A stretch of DNA of 64,000 nt from an uncultured Dehalococcoidales bacterium (GCA_964505425.1 CAZDHX010000006.1:700-64699), one strand, 5' to 3'; positions 37,085-46,384 are shown, counted from the first letter of the stretch. The notes: generated by a model from the sequence alone, not told the origin. Program-made: numbers and translations.

Positions 37085-38085
37085 CTAGGTGAGTTCTTAA
37101 GGCTCTTTATCTCCTGCATTAGTTCGGCAAACTGTTCCGGGTAGAGGGACTGCATACCGTCGGAGAGGGCGTGCGGCGGGTCGTGGTGCACCTCCACCAG
37201 GAGACCATCAGCACCGACGGCGATGGCGCCCCTTGACAGAGAAATAACATAGTCCCGTTTTCCGGCGGCATGGCTGGGGTCAACTATAATCGGTAAATGG
37301 CTGACCTCCTTGATTGAGGGGATGGCGCTCAGGTCAAGGGTATTCCTGGTGTTGTCGGTGAAGGTGCGTATTCCTCGTTCGCACAGGATAACCTGGTTAT
37401 TCCCCTCAGAGCTGATATATTCCGCCGACATCAGTAATTCTTCAATGGTTGCCGCAAAACTGCGCTTGAGGAGGACTGGCTTTGAGGTATGCCCCGCCCG
37501 GCGGAGCAGGGAGTAATTTTGCATGTTCCTGGCGCCAATCTGAATGATATCGGTGTATTGTTCCACAAGTTCAATATTGGTATGGTCAGTGGCCTCGGTT
37601 ACGATTAGCAACCCGGTTTCTCTGCGGACCTTGTTCAGTATTTTCAGCCCTTCCTCACCCAGCCCCTGGAAGCTATAGGGTGAGGTTCTGGGCTTGAAGG
37701 CACCCCCCCGAAATACCTGTGCCCCGTATTTCTTCACCAGGCGGGCGATGGTGAGGGCTTGCTCCTCGCTCTCTACGGCGCAGGGACCAGCCATTACTAC
37801 CGGTTTGCCTTCGCCAATCTTGATATCACCAATGGCGATAACCGTAGGCTGGGGACGAGCCTCCCGGCTTACCAGTTTATAGGGTTTGGTTACACGGATG
37901 GCTTCTTTTACGCCATCCATGACAAGCAGCCGTGAATCGTCAATCGGACCGGTGTTGCCGATGATGCAGACCGCCGTGCGCAGGGCGCCGGGCATGGGCA
38001 CGCCACGGAAACCCATGCTCTCTATTGTACGGATGACTGCCTGCACCTGCTCTTCAGTAGCGTCATTTTTCATTACCACCAGCAT
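37081..38085 (-). CDS. aroF: DAHP synthase, type I-beta, with N-terminal ferredoxin-like (ACT-like) regulatory domain
   Basis: 334 aa. The N-terminal ~70 aa (MLVVMKNDATEEQVQAVIRTIESMGF...) resemble the Thermotoga-type FL domain. Core motifs MAGPCAVE, RGGAFKPRTSP and IVDPSH. Confidence 0.85.
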   Translation of the reverse strand: MLVVMKNDATEEQVQAVIRTIESMGFRGVPMPGALRTAVCIIGNTGPIDDSRLLVMDGVKEAIRVTKPYKLVSREARPQPTVIAIGDIKIGEGKPVVMAGPCAVESEEQALTIARLVKKYGAQVFRGGAFKPRTSPYSFQGLGEEGLKILNKVRRETGLLIVTEATDHTNIELVEQYTDIIQIGARNMQNYSLLRRAGHTSKPVLLKRSFAATIEELLMSAEYISSEGNNQVILCERGIRTFTDNTRNTLDLSAIPSIKEVSHLPIIVDPSHAAGKRDYVISLSRGAIAVGADGLLVEVHHDPPHALSDGMQSLYPEQFAELMQEIKSLKNSPS

Positions 38086-38105
38086 CTCGTTGTTCCTCCT
38101 TAGTG

Positions 38106-38738
38106 CTATCGTGCCGACCTGACGGCTTGGATAAAAGCCTTAATTTTGTCAACATCTTTGACCCCTTCACTCTCAACCCCGCTGGAAACATCAACCCCCC
38201 ACGGTTTCAAGCCGGCTACCACCTGCCCCACATTTTCCGGGTTGAGTCCGCCAGCAATAATAACCGGGAATTTTGCCATCGCCCCGCTGGCTACCTCCCA
38301 ACTGAATGTCTGACCGCTGCCTCCGTATTTGTTCTCCACCAGGGTATCAAGAAGATAGACCGGTGGTCTATCCAGCCGTTGCCCGTCCTCTAGATGAGCG
38401 AGAAGTTTTTCCTCGTCCCACTCAGGGGATATATGTATTGCCTTTATCAGTGGCTTCTCCATTTGCTGGCAGTACTCCCAGCCCTCGTCACCGCTGAGTT
38501 GCACCCAGTCCAGCCCGCAGAAGGCAGCCACGCTGTTTACCGTGGCGGCGGGCATGTTGACGAATACCCCTACCACCGGCACGTACTTTTTGACCGCCGC
38601 CGCTATCTCCTTTGCCTTCTCATAGGTAACCTGGCGGGGGCTGGGGGCGAAGACCACCCCGATAAGGTCAGCCCCGGCTTCTATTGCCGCCCGGGCATGA
38701 AAGACCTCAGTAATGCCACAAATCTTAATCTTGGTCAA
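38106..38738 (-). CDS. trpF: phosphoribosylanthranilate isomerase
   Basis: 210 aa. N-terminus MTKIKICGIT and the QLSGDE motif. Confidence 0.85.
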   Translation of the reverse strand: MTKIKICGITEVFHARAAIEAGADLIGVVFAPSPRQVTYEKAKEIAAAVKKYVPVVGVFVNMPAATVNSVAAFCGLDWVQLSGDEGWEYCQQMEKPLIKAIHISPEWDEEKLLAHLEDGQRLDRPPVYLLDTLVENKYGGSGQTFSWEVASGAMAKFPVIIAGGLNPENVGQVVAGLKPWGVDVSSGVESEGVKDVDKIKAFIQAVRSAR

Positions 38739-39505
38739 AGCAACTCCTTTATCTTGGCGGCAACGTCATCGGCAGTAACCAGCGCCTCACCGATTAATAC
38801 GGCGTTGACGCCTAATTCCCGAAGCCTTTGTATATCCCCTCGCCCCTTTATGCCGCTTTCACTGACCGCTATTCGACCTGGGGGGATAAGAGGGCGTAGC
38901 CTCTTGGTGACATTTATGTCTACCGCCATAGTATCAAGGTCACGATTATTAATACCGATTATTCTGGCATTACATACCAGAGCTTTTTCCAGCTCGTTTT
39001 CGTTGTGCACCTCAACCAGGCACTGCATTCCCAAATCGTGACTTAGGGATAGCAGTTCTTTAAGCCGGCTGGCATCCAGTATGGCGACTATCAAGAGTAA
39101 GGCGTCAGCTCCCCAGGCGCGCGATTCAAAAACCTGATAGGGCTTCAGGATAAAGTCCTTCCTCAGCAGGGAGATTTTGGGTAACTCGTGCCTGATGGCT
39201 TTAAGGTCTTCCCCGCTCCCCCCGAAATAGCGCGACTCAGTCAGAACTGATATTGCCGTCGCCCCGCATCGGGTGTAGCTTTCGGCTAGCCTGACGGCAT
39301 CGAGGTCAGCCCGTAATACCCCTCTGGAGGGTGATGCCCGCTTGACCTCGGCAATTAGGCGGAGGCTATCTCCGGCAAGAGCCGCCGCCATGTCCAGGGG
39401 CGGGGGTTTTTCTTCGACGGCTGCCTTGAGTTCAGCAAGAGGGACGATTTTCTGCCTCTGCTCCAGTTCCTCCAGCTTTTCGGCGACAATTTTATCTAAG
39501 AACAT
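38735..39505 (-). CDS. trpC: indole-3-glycerol phosphate synthase
   Basis: 256 aa with motifs IAEVKRASPS, INNRDL and SESGI. Confidence 0.9.
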   Translation of the reverse strand: MFLDKIVAEKLEELEQRQKIVPLAELKAAVEEKPPPLDMAAALAGDSLRLIAEVKRASPSRGVLRADLDAVRLAESYTRCGATAISVLTESRYFGGSGEDLKAIRHELPKISLLRKDFILKPYQVFESRAWGADALLLIVAILDASRLKELLSLSHDLGMQCLVEVHNENELEKALVCNARIIGINNRDLDTMAVDINVTKRLRPLIPPGRIAVSESGIKGRGDIQRLRELGVNAVLIGEALVTADDVAAKIKELL

Positions 39506-39510
39506 ACCTT

Positions 39511-40542
39511 TTACCCAAAACTCCGGCTCAGTTCGATTAACCTCTGTAGTTTTTCCGATGCCCGTCCGCTATCTATTGCTTCCTGGGCAATCTTTATCCC
39601 TTCCTTCAGGGCGGGAAGCCCGGCGGGGTTTTTAGTCCGTCCGCCAACCACAATACCAGCGGCGGCGTTCATCACCACCGCGTCCCTTCCCGGACCCTTT
39701 TCCCCCTCCAGCACCGAGCGCAGTATTGCCGCATTCTCTTGGGGTGTGCCGCCCGCAAGCGTCTCTACCCCGGCCGCTACCAGCCCAAAATCCTCGGGTG
39801 CCACGGGGTAATCCGTTATCTTACCGTCCTTTAACTCCCATACTTTAGACTCGCCGGCGACTGAGATTTCATCCATTCCGTCCAAGCCATGGACCACCAT
39901 AGAGTGCTTTGAACCGAGACGGCGGAGTACCTGTACTAACTTTTCGCCCAGTTCCTCGCTGGGCACACCCAGAACCTGAGAGTCGACTTGTGCCGGGTTG
40001 GTCAGTGGGCCAAGGACATTGAATATGGTGCGTATGCCAATCTCACGCCGGGGCACGGCGGCAAACTTCATTGATGGGTGAAATAGTGGGGCGAACATGA
40101 AGCCGATGCCTATTTTTTCCAGGCAGTCCTTCACCTGAGCAGCATCAAGGTCAATCTTCATTCCTAGTGCCTCCAGGACATCGGCACTGCCGCATTGACT
40201 GGTCATGGCGCGGTTATTGTGCTTGGCTACCCTTGTCCCGGCACCGGCAGCCACAAAAGCGGCGGTGGTGGATATGTTGAAGCTCTTGGAATTATCACCT
40301 CCCGTGCCGACGATATCAATCACCGGCTCAGTCGTCTCCACGCGGATTGCCTTAGCCCGCATCACGCTGGCTAAGCCGGCAATCTCATCAGCCGTCTCCC
40401 CCTTGATTCTGAGGGCGGTGACAAAGGCGCCAAACTGGGCGGGCGTTACCTGCCCCGTGGTCATCTCCTCCATAACCTCAGCGGCTTGCTCCATGGCAAG
40501 GGACTGCCCCGAGACCAGCAAGTCGATGGCTTCTTTAATCAT
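39511..40542 (-). CDS. trpD: anthranilate phosphoribosyltransferase
   Basis: 343 aa with motifs DIVGTGGD and KHNNRA. Confidence 0.9.
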   Translation of the reverse strand: MIKEAIDLLVSGQSLAMEQAAEVMEEMTTGQVTPAQFGAFVTALRIKGETADEIAGLASVMRAKAIRVETTEPVIDIVGTGGDNSKSFNISTTAAFVAAGAGTRVAKHNNRAMTSQCGSADVLEALGMKIDLDAAQVKDCLEKIGIGFMFAPLFHPSMKFAAVPRREIGIRTIFNVLGPLTNPAQVDSQVLGVPSEELGEKLVQVLRRLGSKHSMVVHGLDGMDEISVAGESKVWELKDGKITDYPVAPEDFGLVAAGVETLAGGTPQENAAILRSVLEGEKGPGRDAVVMNAAAGIVVGGRTKNPAGLPALKEGIKIAQEAIDSGRASEKLQRLIELSRSFG

Positions 40543-40550
40543 TTTTCTAC

Positions 40551-40627
40551 CTCACCCCCTTTATCCCCCTCTCCTTCAAAGGAGAGGGGGAGAGGTTTTA
40601 TGAAGAAGGGTTTCACCCTTCTTAAAC
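40551..40627 (-). repeat. intercistronic twin-hairpin element, copy 2 (between trpG stop and trpD start)
   Basis: Hairpin CCCCCTCTCCTT/AAGGAGAGGGGG at 40565..40590 and hairpin AAGAAGGGT/ACCCTTCTT at 40603..40623. The first ~55 nt are almost identical to copy 1. Confidence 0.75.
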
Positions 40628-41203
40628 ATCCTTACTACAATGTAATTGTAGAAAATTTTTTAAAATATCCTTCCCTATCTGAGTCATAAAGGATTCAGGG
40701 TGGAACTGCACCCCCTCCGCCGGGTATTGGCGATGGCGCACTCCCATAATGGTGTTATCCTCAGTCCAGGCAGTTATCTCCAGACAGTCGGGAAGCCCCT
40801 CGCGCATTACCACCAGCGAGTGATAGCGTATGGCGGGGAAGGGGTTAGAGAGACCGCAAAAAATACCGGAATTGTTATGGTAGATAAGGGATGACTTCCC
40901 GTGCATAATCTTGTCCGCTTGACTAACAGTGCCGCCATAGCTATAGCCAATGCACTGGTGCCCCAAACAAACACCGAGGATAGGCACTTTGGCTCCGAAA
41001 TAGCGGATGACATCGTTGGATATGCCAGCGTTCTGTGGCGTGGAGGGACCGGGTGAGATTACTATGCGCTCCGGGCTAACCCTTTCAATCTCCTCAAGGG
41101 TTATCCTGTCGTTACGGACTACCTTTACTTCTTCCCCCAGCTCGCTCAGGTACTGGAACAGGTTGTAGGTGAAGCTATCATAGTTATCTATCAGTAACAG
41201 CAT
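40622..41203 (-). CDS. trpG: anthranilate synthase component II (glutamine amidotransferase)
   Basis: 193 aa. N-terminus MLLLIDNYDSFTYNL, GVCLGHQ catalytic Cys, HPES. Confidence 0.9.
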   Translation of the reverse strand: MLLLIDNYDSFTYNLFQYLSELGEEVKVVRNDRITLEEIERVSPERIVISPGPSTPQNAGISNDVIRYFGAKVPILGVCLGHQCIGYSYGGTVSQADKIMHGKSSLIYHNNSGIFCGLSNPFPAIRYHSLVVMREGLPDCLEITAWTEDNTIMGVRHRQYPAEGVQFHPESFMTQIGKDILKNFLQLHCSKDV

Positions 41204-42647
41204 AGGTCATCTCCATAGTCTCGGCCTGCTCAATGGCGTCAAGCTGTGCCCGGGCTTTATTTAATGTTTCCTCATACTCGCGTGCCGGCACGCTGTCATA
41301 AACAATGCCGGCACCGGCCTGGACATGAGCTACACCATTTTTCAGGACGATGGTCCTTATGGTTATAGCGGTATCCATATTACCGGAGAAGCTGAAGTAG
41401 CCCACGCAGCCGGCGTATGGTCCTCTCTTGTCCGGCTCAAGCTCAGCGATAATCTCCATCGCCCTAATCTTGGGTGCCCCGGAGACAGTACCGGCGGGAA
41501 AACAGGCGCCTAGAGCATCAAAGGGGGTGAGGTCGGGGCGCAGCTTGCCTTCTACATTGGTGACCAGGTGCATGACATGGGAGTAGCGCTCCACCTCCAT
41601 AAGCTCGCTCACTTTTACCGTCCCCGCCGCACTCACCCGTCCAATATCGTTGCGCCCGAGGTCAACCAGCATTATATGCTCGGCTCGCTCCTTCTCGTCA
41701 CTGCGGAGCTCTTTCTCCAGTCGCTTATCCTCAAGTGGGGTCTTCCCCCGTGGCCGTGTCCCTGCCAGAGGACGGGTGGTCACCGTGCCGTTTACCGCCT
41801 TCACCAAAATCTCGGGGGATGAGCCGATAATCTGAAAATCCTTCAAATCAAGGAAGAACATATAGGGCGATGGGTTGATGTCCCGCAGTGCCTGATAGAT
41901 ATTCAGGGGGTAGGCGTTGGTGCGCCGGCTCAGGCGCTGGGAAAGCACAATCTGGATGGCTTCGCCAGCGATGATATATTGCCTTGCCTTCTCCACATTG
42001 GCTTCAAATTCTTCTCTGGTGAAGTTGGAAGAGATTTGGGCAGGTTCCAATGGGGTATCCGATGTCGTTATGGGCTGGCGGTGCTCAAGGGGTTGCTTCA
42101 GTCTATGCACCAGCTCTTCTATCTTTCTAACCGCTGCCTGGTAGGCGCTGTCTATGTCACTATCGGGGCGAGCAAGACTCAAAATTTTAATCTTGTGGGT
42201 AACATGGTCGAAGATGAGAAGGCGGTCAACGAACATGAACACTGACTCAGGCAAAGTCAAAGGGTCAGAGCTTGGTGAAGGGAGTTTTTCGGAGCGCCGT
42301 ATCATTTCGTAGCCAAAGTAGCCGACGGCACCACCACAAAAATCGGGTAGTCCGCTTACCGGTACCAGCTTGTGTTTGTCCAACTCCTCAGCAACGAGGT
42401 GAAGGGGGTCAGCCTTATCTCCCTCATTGGTGCCCACCACCCGATAGGGCTCGGTGCCGATGAAGCTGTAGCGTGCCGCCCTTTCACCGCCTTCAACGCT
42501 CTCCAGAAGGAAGGAGTAATCGCCATGTTTAATCTTCAAGAAGGCGGAAAGCGGCGTCTCCGAACCGGCCGCAATCTCGCGGTAGATCGGGACCAGATTT
42601 CCCTGGCTTTTTAGCTTCTTAAATTCTTCCAGTGTGGGTTGATACAT
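41184..42647 (-). CDS. trpE: anthranilate synthase component I
   Basis: LLESVEGGE and GAGIV motifs. The ATG at 42647 (MYQPTLEEF) is preferred over the TTG at 42668 used in the ORF track. Confidence 0.9.
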   Translation of the reverse strand: MYQPTLEEFKKLKSQGNLVPIYREIAAGSETPLSAFLKIKHGDYSFLLESVEGGERAARYSFIGTEPYRVVGTNEGDKADPLHLVAEELDKHKLVPVSGLPDFCGGAVGYFGYEMIRRSEKLPSPSSDPLTLPESVFMFVDRLLIFDHVTHKIKILSLARPDSDIDSAYQAAVRKIEELVHRLKQPLEHRQPITTSDTPLEPAQISSNFTREEFEANVEKARQYIIAGEAIQIVLSQRLSRRTNAYPLNIYQALRDINPSPYMFFLDLKDFQIIGSSPEILVKAVNGTVTTRPLAGTRPRGKTPLEDKRLEKELRSDEKERAEHIMLVDLGRNDIGRVSAAGTVKVSELMEVERYSHVMHLVTNVEGKLRPDLTPFDALGACFPAGTVSGAPKIRAMEIIAELEPDKRGPYAGCVGYFSFSGNMDTAITIRTIVLKNGVAHVQAGAGIVYDSVPAREYEETLNKARAQLDAIEQAETMEMTYAVTDR

Positions 42648-42676
42648 ATTAAGTTTTATCTCCCCCAAAATATAGG

Positions 42677-42975
42677 GTAAAAAAATTAACCTCTCGCCTA
42701 TAGGGGCGAGAGGTTAAATCCTTCGCGGTGCCACCCTAATTAGTTGTCAATTGACAACTATCTCATTCAGGTACAGCCATTCATAAGTGAAGGGCGATAC
42801 CCTGGGCTCTGATAACGGTGCCCTTTCCGACGAAACCTACTTATCCTTTCGGTTTGCAGCTCCCGAGTCCATTCAACCCCTGCGCTGGCACCGGCTTCCA
42901 CCTACCCCGGCTCTCTGCGCCTCGCTGGAGGCATACTAGTCTCGTTCTCAGCCTTTATTCTATATTCAGTTTGGA
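42677..42975 (-). promoter_or_regulatory. T-box riboswitch leader, Trp-specific (specifier UGG)
   Basis: Minus strand: AGAGAG, specifier loop GAA-UGG-A (UGG at 42871..42869), F-box CCGTTA (42818..42813), T-box AATTAGGGTGGCACCGCG (42741..42724), then a terminator. Confidence 0.85.
42678..42717 (-). terminator. T-box terminator hairpin TTAACCTCTCGCC/GGCGAGAGGTTAA followed by U7
   Basis: 13-bp stem (42717..42705 / 42698..42686) followed on the minus strand by TTTTTTT. Confidence 0.8.
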
Positions 42976-42981
42976 GTAATA

Positions 42982-43010
42982 AGTATATAGAATAAACAAT
43001 CTTTTGTCAA
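42982..43010 (-). promoter_or_regulatory. promoter TTGACA-17-TATACT for the trp T-box leader
   Basis: Minus strand: TTGACA (43010..43005), 17-nt spacer, TATACT (42987..42982). Confidence 0.6.
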
Positions 43011-43084
43011 GTAGTCGTTTGCAAAAAAATCTGTCATGCAATAAAGAGGCTTATCTGGAGAAGGAACTACAGAGCTGGTAGAGA

Positions 43085-43161
43085 TGGTGGGCGGTAGAGG
43101 ACTTGAACCTCTGACCCCCTGCGTGTAAAGCAGGTGCTCTAACCAACTGAGCTAACCGCCC
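43085..43161 (-). tRNA. tRNA-Val (anticodon UAC), CCA encoded
   Basis: Cloverleaf folded by hand. Acceptor GGGCGGT/ACCGCCC, anticodon loop TTTACAC, T-loop TTCAAGT. Confidence 0.9.
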
Positions 43162-43163
43162 CA

Positions 43164-43240
43164 TGGTGCGCTTGGCGGGTCTCGAACCCACAACCTCAGC
43201 CTCCGCAGGGCTGCGCTCTATCCTGTTGAGCTACAAGCGC
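43164..43240 (-). tRNA. tRNA-Arg (anticodon GCG), CCA encoded
   Basis: Acceptor GCGCTTG/CAAGCGC, anticodon stem CAGCC/GGCTG, loop CTGCGGA, T-loop TTCGAGA. Confidence 0.8.
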
Positions 43241-43257
43241 TCAAAAGCCTAAAAATG

Positions 43258-43340
43258 TGCCGAGGGGGAGATTTGAACTCCCACATCCTTACGGACACTA
43301 CGTCCTGAACGTAGCGCGTCTGCCATTCCGCCACCTCGGC
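43258..43340 (-). tRNA. tRNA-Leu (anticodon CAG), class II long variable arm, CCA not encoded
   Basis: Acceptor GCCGAGG/CCTCGGC, anticodon loop TTCAGGA, 15-nt variable arm, T-loop TTCAAAT. Confidence 0.85.
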
Positions 43341-43354
43341 GTCAAGACAAGAGG

Positions 43355-43384
43355 ATTATAACCAGTTAACTAATTGGGCGTCAA
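43355..43384 (-). promoter_or_regulatory. promoter TTGACG-18-TATAAT for the tRNA Leu-Arg-Val cluster
   Basis: Minus strand: TTGACG (43384..43379), 18-nt spacer, TATAAT (43360..43355), 15 nt upstream of tRNA-Leu. Confidence 0.5.
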
Positions 43385-43465
43385 GGGAAGCAAAACGCAG
43401 GCTAAAAATGGAAAGCGGGAAGAAAGAGACAAGCCCAAAATAGGGGGGATGAGGTTAACCCTATA

Positions 43466-43870
43466 CTATCGCTTGGTGTATTGAGGCGCCTTGCGCGCTC
43501 GCCTGAGACCAGCCTTCTTTCTCTCTTTGACCCGTGAGTCCCTGGTCAGCAGCTTATGCTGGCGCAGTACCGGCCTGAGGCTCTCGTCAGCCGCTACCAG
43601 GGCTCGGGCAATACCGTGAGAGATGGCGCCACCCTGCCCTGATATGCCACCCCCCTCTACCTTAACCACGGCATTGTACTTGCCCATGTTTTCCGTAACC
43701 AAAAGCGGCTTCAGTATTATTCGGCGGTGCTCAGGGTAAGGGAATAGCTTTTCGTAGGGGGTGCCATTGACAATAATCTCACCCGCCCCCGGTATCAATT
43801 TTACCCGGGCTACCGCCTCCTTGCGCCGGCCGGTGCCATAATAATATTTTTTCTTCTCGGTTTGAACCAC
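43466..43870 (-). CDS. rpsI: 30S ribosomal protein S9
   Basis: 134 aa. C-terminus ..KKAGLRRARKAPQYTKR. Follows rplM. Confidence 0.95.
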   Translation of the reverse strand: MVQTEKKKYYYGTGRRKEAVARVKLIPGAGEIIVNGTPYEKLFPYPEHRRIILKPLLVTENMGKYNAVVKVEGGGISGQGGAISHGIARALVAADESLRPVLRQHKLLTRDSRVKERKKAGLRRARKAPQYTKR

Positions 43871-44308
43871 CTAGTTCTCGGCCCCCTTTGTCCTGGCCTT
43901 GGGCTGAGCCGGTTGAGGATGAGCCTCACCGACATAGACCCTGAGCCGTTTCATCATGCCGTCCCGGAGGCGATTTTTGGGCAACATCCCCTTGACGGCG
44001 TATTCAATCACCCGGGTGGGGTCAGTCTGTGATAATTTCTCCAGGCTGATGCTCTTAAGTCCCCCGGGATATCCGGAATGTCTATAGTATAGCTTCTGCT
44101 TGGTTTTATTGCCAGTAACCTTGACCTTTTCGGCGTTGGTGATGACAACAAAATCGCCGCTGTCCAGATGGCGGGTGAATATCGGCTTGTGCTTGCCCAT
44201 GAGCAAGCCCGCCGCCTCGGTGGCGACCTTGCCCAGAATCTTGCCCGAGGCATCAATGGTATGCCATTGGCGCTTAATCTCGGAGGCTTTAGTGCTATAG
44301 GTCTTCAT
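43871..44308 (-). CDS. rplM: 50S ribosomal protein L13
   Basis: 145 aa. N-terminus [20 protein letters not shown]. Confidence 0.95.
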   Translation of the reverse strand: MKTYSTKASEIKRQWHTIDASGKILGKVATEAAGLLMGKHKPIFTRHLDSGDFVVITNAEKVKVTGNKTKQKLYYRHSGYPGGLKSISLEKLSQTDPTRVIEYAVKGMLPKNRLRDGMMKRLRVYVGEAHPQPAQPKARTKGAEN

Positions 44309-45072
44309 GCTTTACTCCCCAGGTGATTGGGGTAATTTATCCGGGTAAGATATAGTCCGCAGGCGGGGGCAGTTGGTCCTGCCATCCCCGGCTTTTTCGC
44401 CTCAATTATACTATTAAATTCATCGGCGTTCATCTTGCCAAGGGCAACCCTGATGAGACAGCCAACCGTGTTGCGCACCTGATGAGGCAGGAAGGAATTA
44501 GCCACCATATTGAAGGTAACCGCTTCCCCTCCTCTTTCAAAACTGGCTTTGAAGACGTGCTTCACCGTGTTCCTTATCTCCACCCCGTTAGAGCTGGCAA
44601 ATGAGGTAAGGTCGTGCTCACCAATGAGAGCCTGGGCTGCCCGATTGGCGGCTTCAATATCCATAGGGCTGGCAACTAAGTGAGAAGAGCCCTCTCTGAT
44701 TGGCGAGCGGATGGGGCTATTTAATATGTAGTAGCTATATTCCCGGCTGGTGGCATCACGCCTGACATTAAACGAGTCATCCACTTTATAGGCTGCCTTT
44801 ACGGCAATATCCCGCGGCAAATAGTAGTTCAGCCCGTTTACGAATGTTCGGGTGGGGAGGGAGGAATCTGTTCTGAAGCTTGCCACCTGCCCCCTGGCGT
44901 GGACTCCAGCATCGGTACGGCTGGCGGCCATCACCCGGCACCTCTCCCCAGTAAGCTTCTTTATGGCTTTTTCCAGTTCCCGCTGAATGGAGGACAAGCC
45001 AGTCTGCCACTGGAAGCCGTGGTAGTTTGTGCCATCATATTCTATAATCAATACAATCTTTTTAGTCTTCAT
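44305..45072 (-). CDS. truA: tRNA pseudouridine(38-40) synthase
   Basis: 255 aa. [12 protein letters not shown] and the SRTDAGVHA catalytic Asp motif. Confidence 0.9.
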   Translation of the reverse strand: MKTKKIVLIIEYDGTNYHGFQWQTGLSSIQRELEKAIKKLTGERCRVMAASRTDAGVHARGQVASFRTDSSLPTRTFVNGLNYYLPRDIAVKAAYKVDDSFNVRRDATSREYSYYILNSPIRSPIREGSSHLVASPMDIEAANRAAQALIGEHDLTSFASSNGVEIRNTVKHVFKASFERGGEAVTFNMVANSFLPHQVRNTVGCLIRVALGKMNADEFNSIIEAKKPGMAGPTAPACGLYLTRINYPNHLGSKA

Positions 45073-45419
45073 ACCAGCTCAATTTTAATCATCGGCGCCC
45101 CATCGCCCGGTCTTGGGCCTAACTTGATGATGCGAGTATATCCCCCCTGGCGCTCAGCATACCTGGGAGCAAGCTCGGCGAACACCTTCTCCGTTACCTT
45201 CTCATCCAGGATAAAGGAGAGTGCCTTGCGGCGGGAGGGGAGCCCCCCCTTCTTACCCAGGGTAATCATCTGCTCCGCCAGACTGCGTATTTCCTTAGCC
45301 TTGGCTTCGCTGGTGGTAATCTTCTCGTAGTTTAGCAGGTCGGTCACCAGGTTGCGGTAAAGCGCCTTGCGGTGAGCCGAAGACCGCCCCAGTTTTCTCC
45401 CCGCTACCTTGTGTCTCAT
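45069..45419 (-). CDS. rplQ: 50S ribosomal protein L17
   Basis: 116 aa. N-terminus [20 protein letters not shown]. Confidence 0.95.
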   Translation of the reverse strand: MRHKVAGRKLGRSSAHRKALYRNLVTDLLNYEKITTSEAKAKEIRSLAEQMITLGKKGGLPSRRKALSFILDEKVTEKVFAELAPRYAERQGGYTRIIKLGPRPGDGAPMIKIELV

Positions 45420-46384
45420 ATCGCTGGCTCCTCCACCTCGCCCTCTTCCTCAGCGACGGGGGTAAGGGATAAGTCCAGCGCCTCCAGACGCTCCATTACC
45501 TCTCGCATGGACTTCTGCCCGAAGTTATGCAGTGAGAGCAGCTCCCTCTCCCCCTTGCTTATGAGCTCGCCCACGGTGTTGATGCTACCCCGTCTCAGGC
45601 AATTCATGGTACGCACCGAAAGCTCCAGTTGGTCCACCGGCATATTATATTTTTCATCGGGGATGGAGGCGCGAACAAGCTGTTTTTCTGCCTCAATGCG
45701 GGAAACGCGGGCATAATCAATAAATGGAGCCAGCTGCTCGGTCAGAATGCGGGCGCTCTGGCTGATGGCTTCTTCCGGTGAGATGGTGCCATCGGTCCAT
45801 ACCTCCAGCTCCAGCCGCTCATGGCTTGTCTCCCGACTGACGTGGGTTGGCTCAACGGTAAAATTGACCTTGCGTATCGGGGCAAAGAGGGCATCTATCG
45901 GAATCGCCCCTATCGGCAGGTTATCACTGGGCTCAGCCTCACGATAGCCTTCGCCCAGTTCAACATCAAACTCAATATAGAGCTTGGCTTCGGGTGAATC
46001 TAAGGTAGCCAGATAAAGCTCAGGGTTGGCAATTTCAAAGTCGGTTGACGGCTCAATGTCAGCCGCCGTAACTCGCCCCTCCCCCTCCACCTTCAGTATC
46101 AACTTACCCGGTTGACCGGAAAGGGGCTTTAAGCGCAGCGCCTTAACATTGAGCAGAAACTCGGTGACGTCTTCCTTGACATAGGGGATGGTGGAGAATT
46201 CATGCTGAATTCCCTCAATGGTAACCCGGGTCACTGCTGCCCCGGGAAGGTAGCCAAGGAGAGCTCGCCGCAGGGCGTTGCCCAGGGTAACGCCAAAGCC
46301 CTTTTCCAGGGGCTCAGCCCTGAAGCGTCCAAAGTTATCTTCACCTTCAATACACTCAATCTTAGCTAAGGCTAGATTGGACAA
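45416..46384 (-). CDS. rpoA: DNA-directed RNA polymerase alpha subunit
   Basis: 322 aa. GNALRR motif, C-terminal helix-hairpin-helix [11 protein letters not shown]. Position after rpsD. Confidence 0.95.
   Translation of the reverse strand: MSNLALAKIECIEGEDNFGRFRAEPLEKGFGVTLGNALRRALLGYLPGAAVTRVTIEGIQHEFSTIPYVKEDVTEFLLNVKALRLKPLSGQPGKLILKVEGEGRVTAADIEPSTDFEIANPELYLATLDSPEAKLYIEFDVELGEGYREAEPSDNLPIGAIPIDALFAPIRKVNFTVEPTHVSRETSHERLELEVWTDGTISPEEAISQSARILTEQLAPFIDYARVSRIEAEKQLVRASIPDEKYNMPVDQLELSVRTMNCLRRGSINTVGELISKGERELLSLHNFGQKSMREVMERLEALDLSLTPVAEEEGEVEEPAI

Noticed and set aside
42741-42760. Perfect 20-nt palindrome TAGTTGTCAATTGACAACTA as a repressor operator
   Set aside because: It lies inside the transcribed T-box leader, exactly where stem III precedes the T-box sequence. 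An RNA hairpin explains it. A DNA-binding role cannot be excluded but is not needed.
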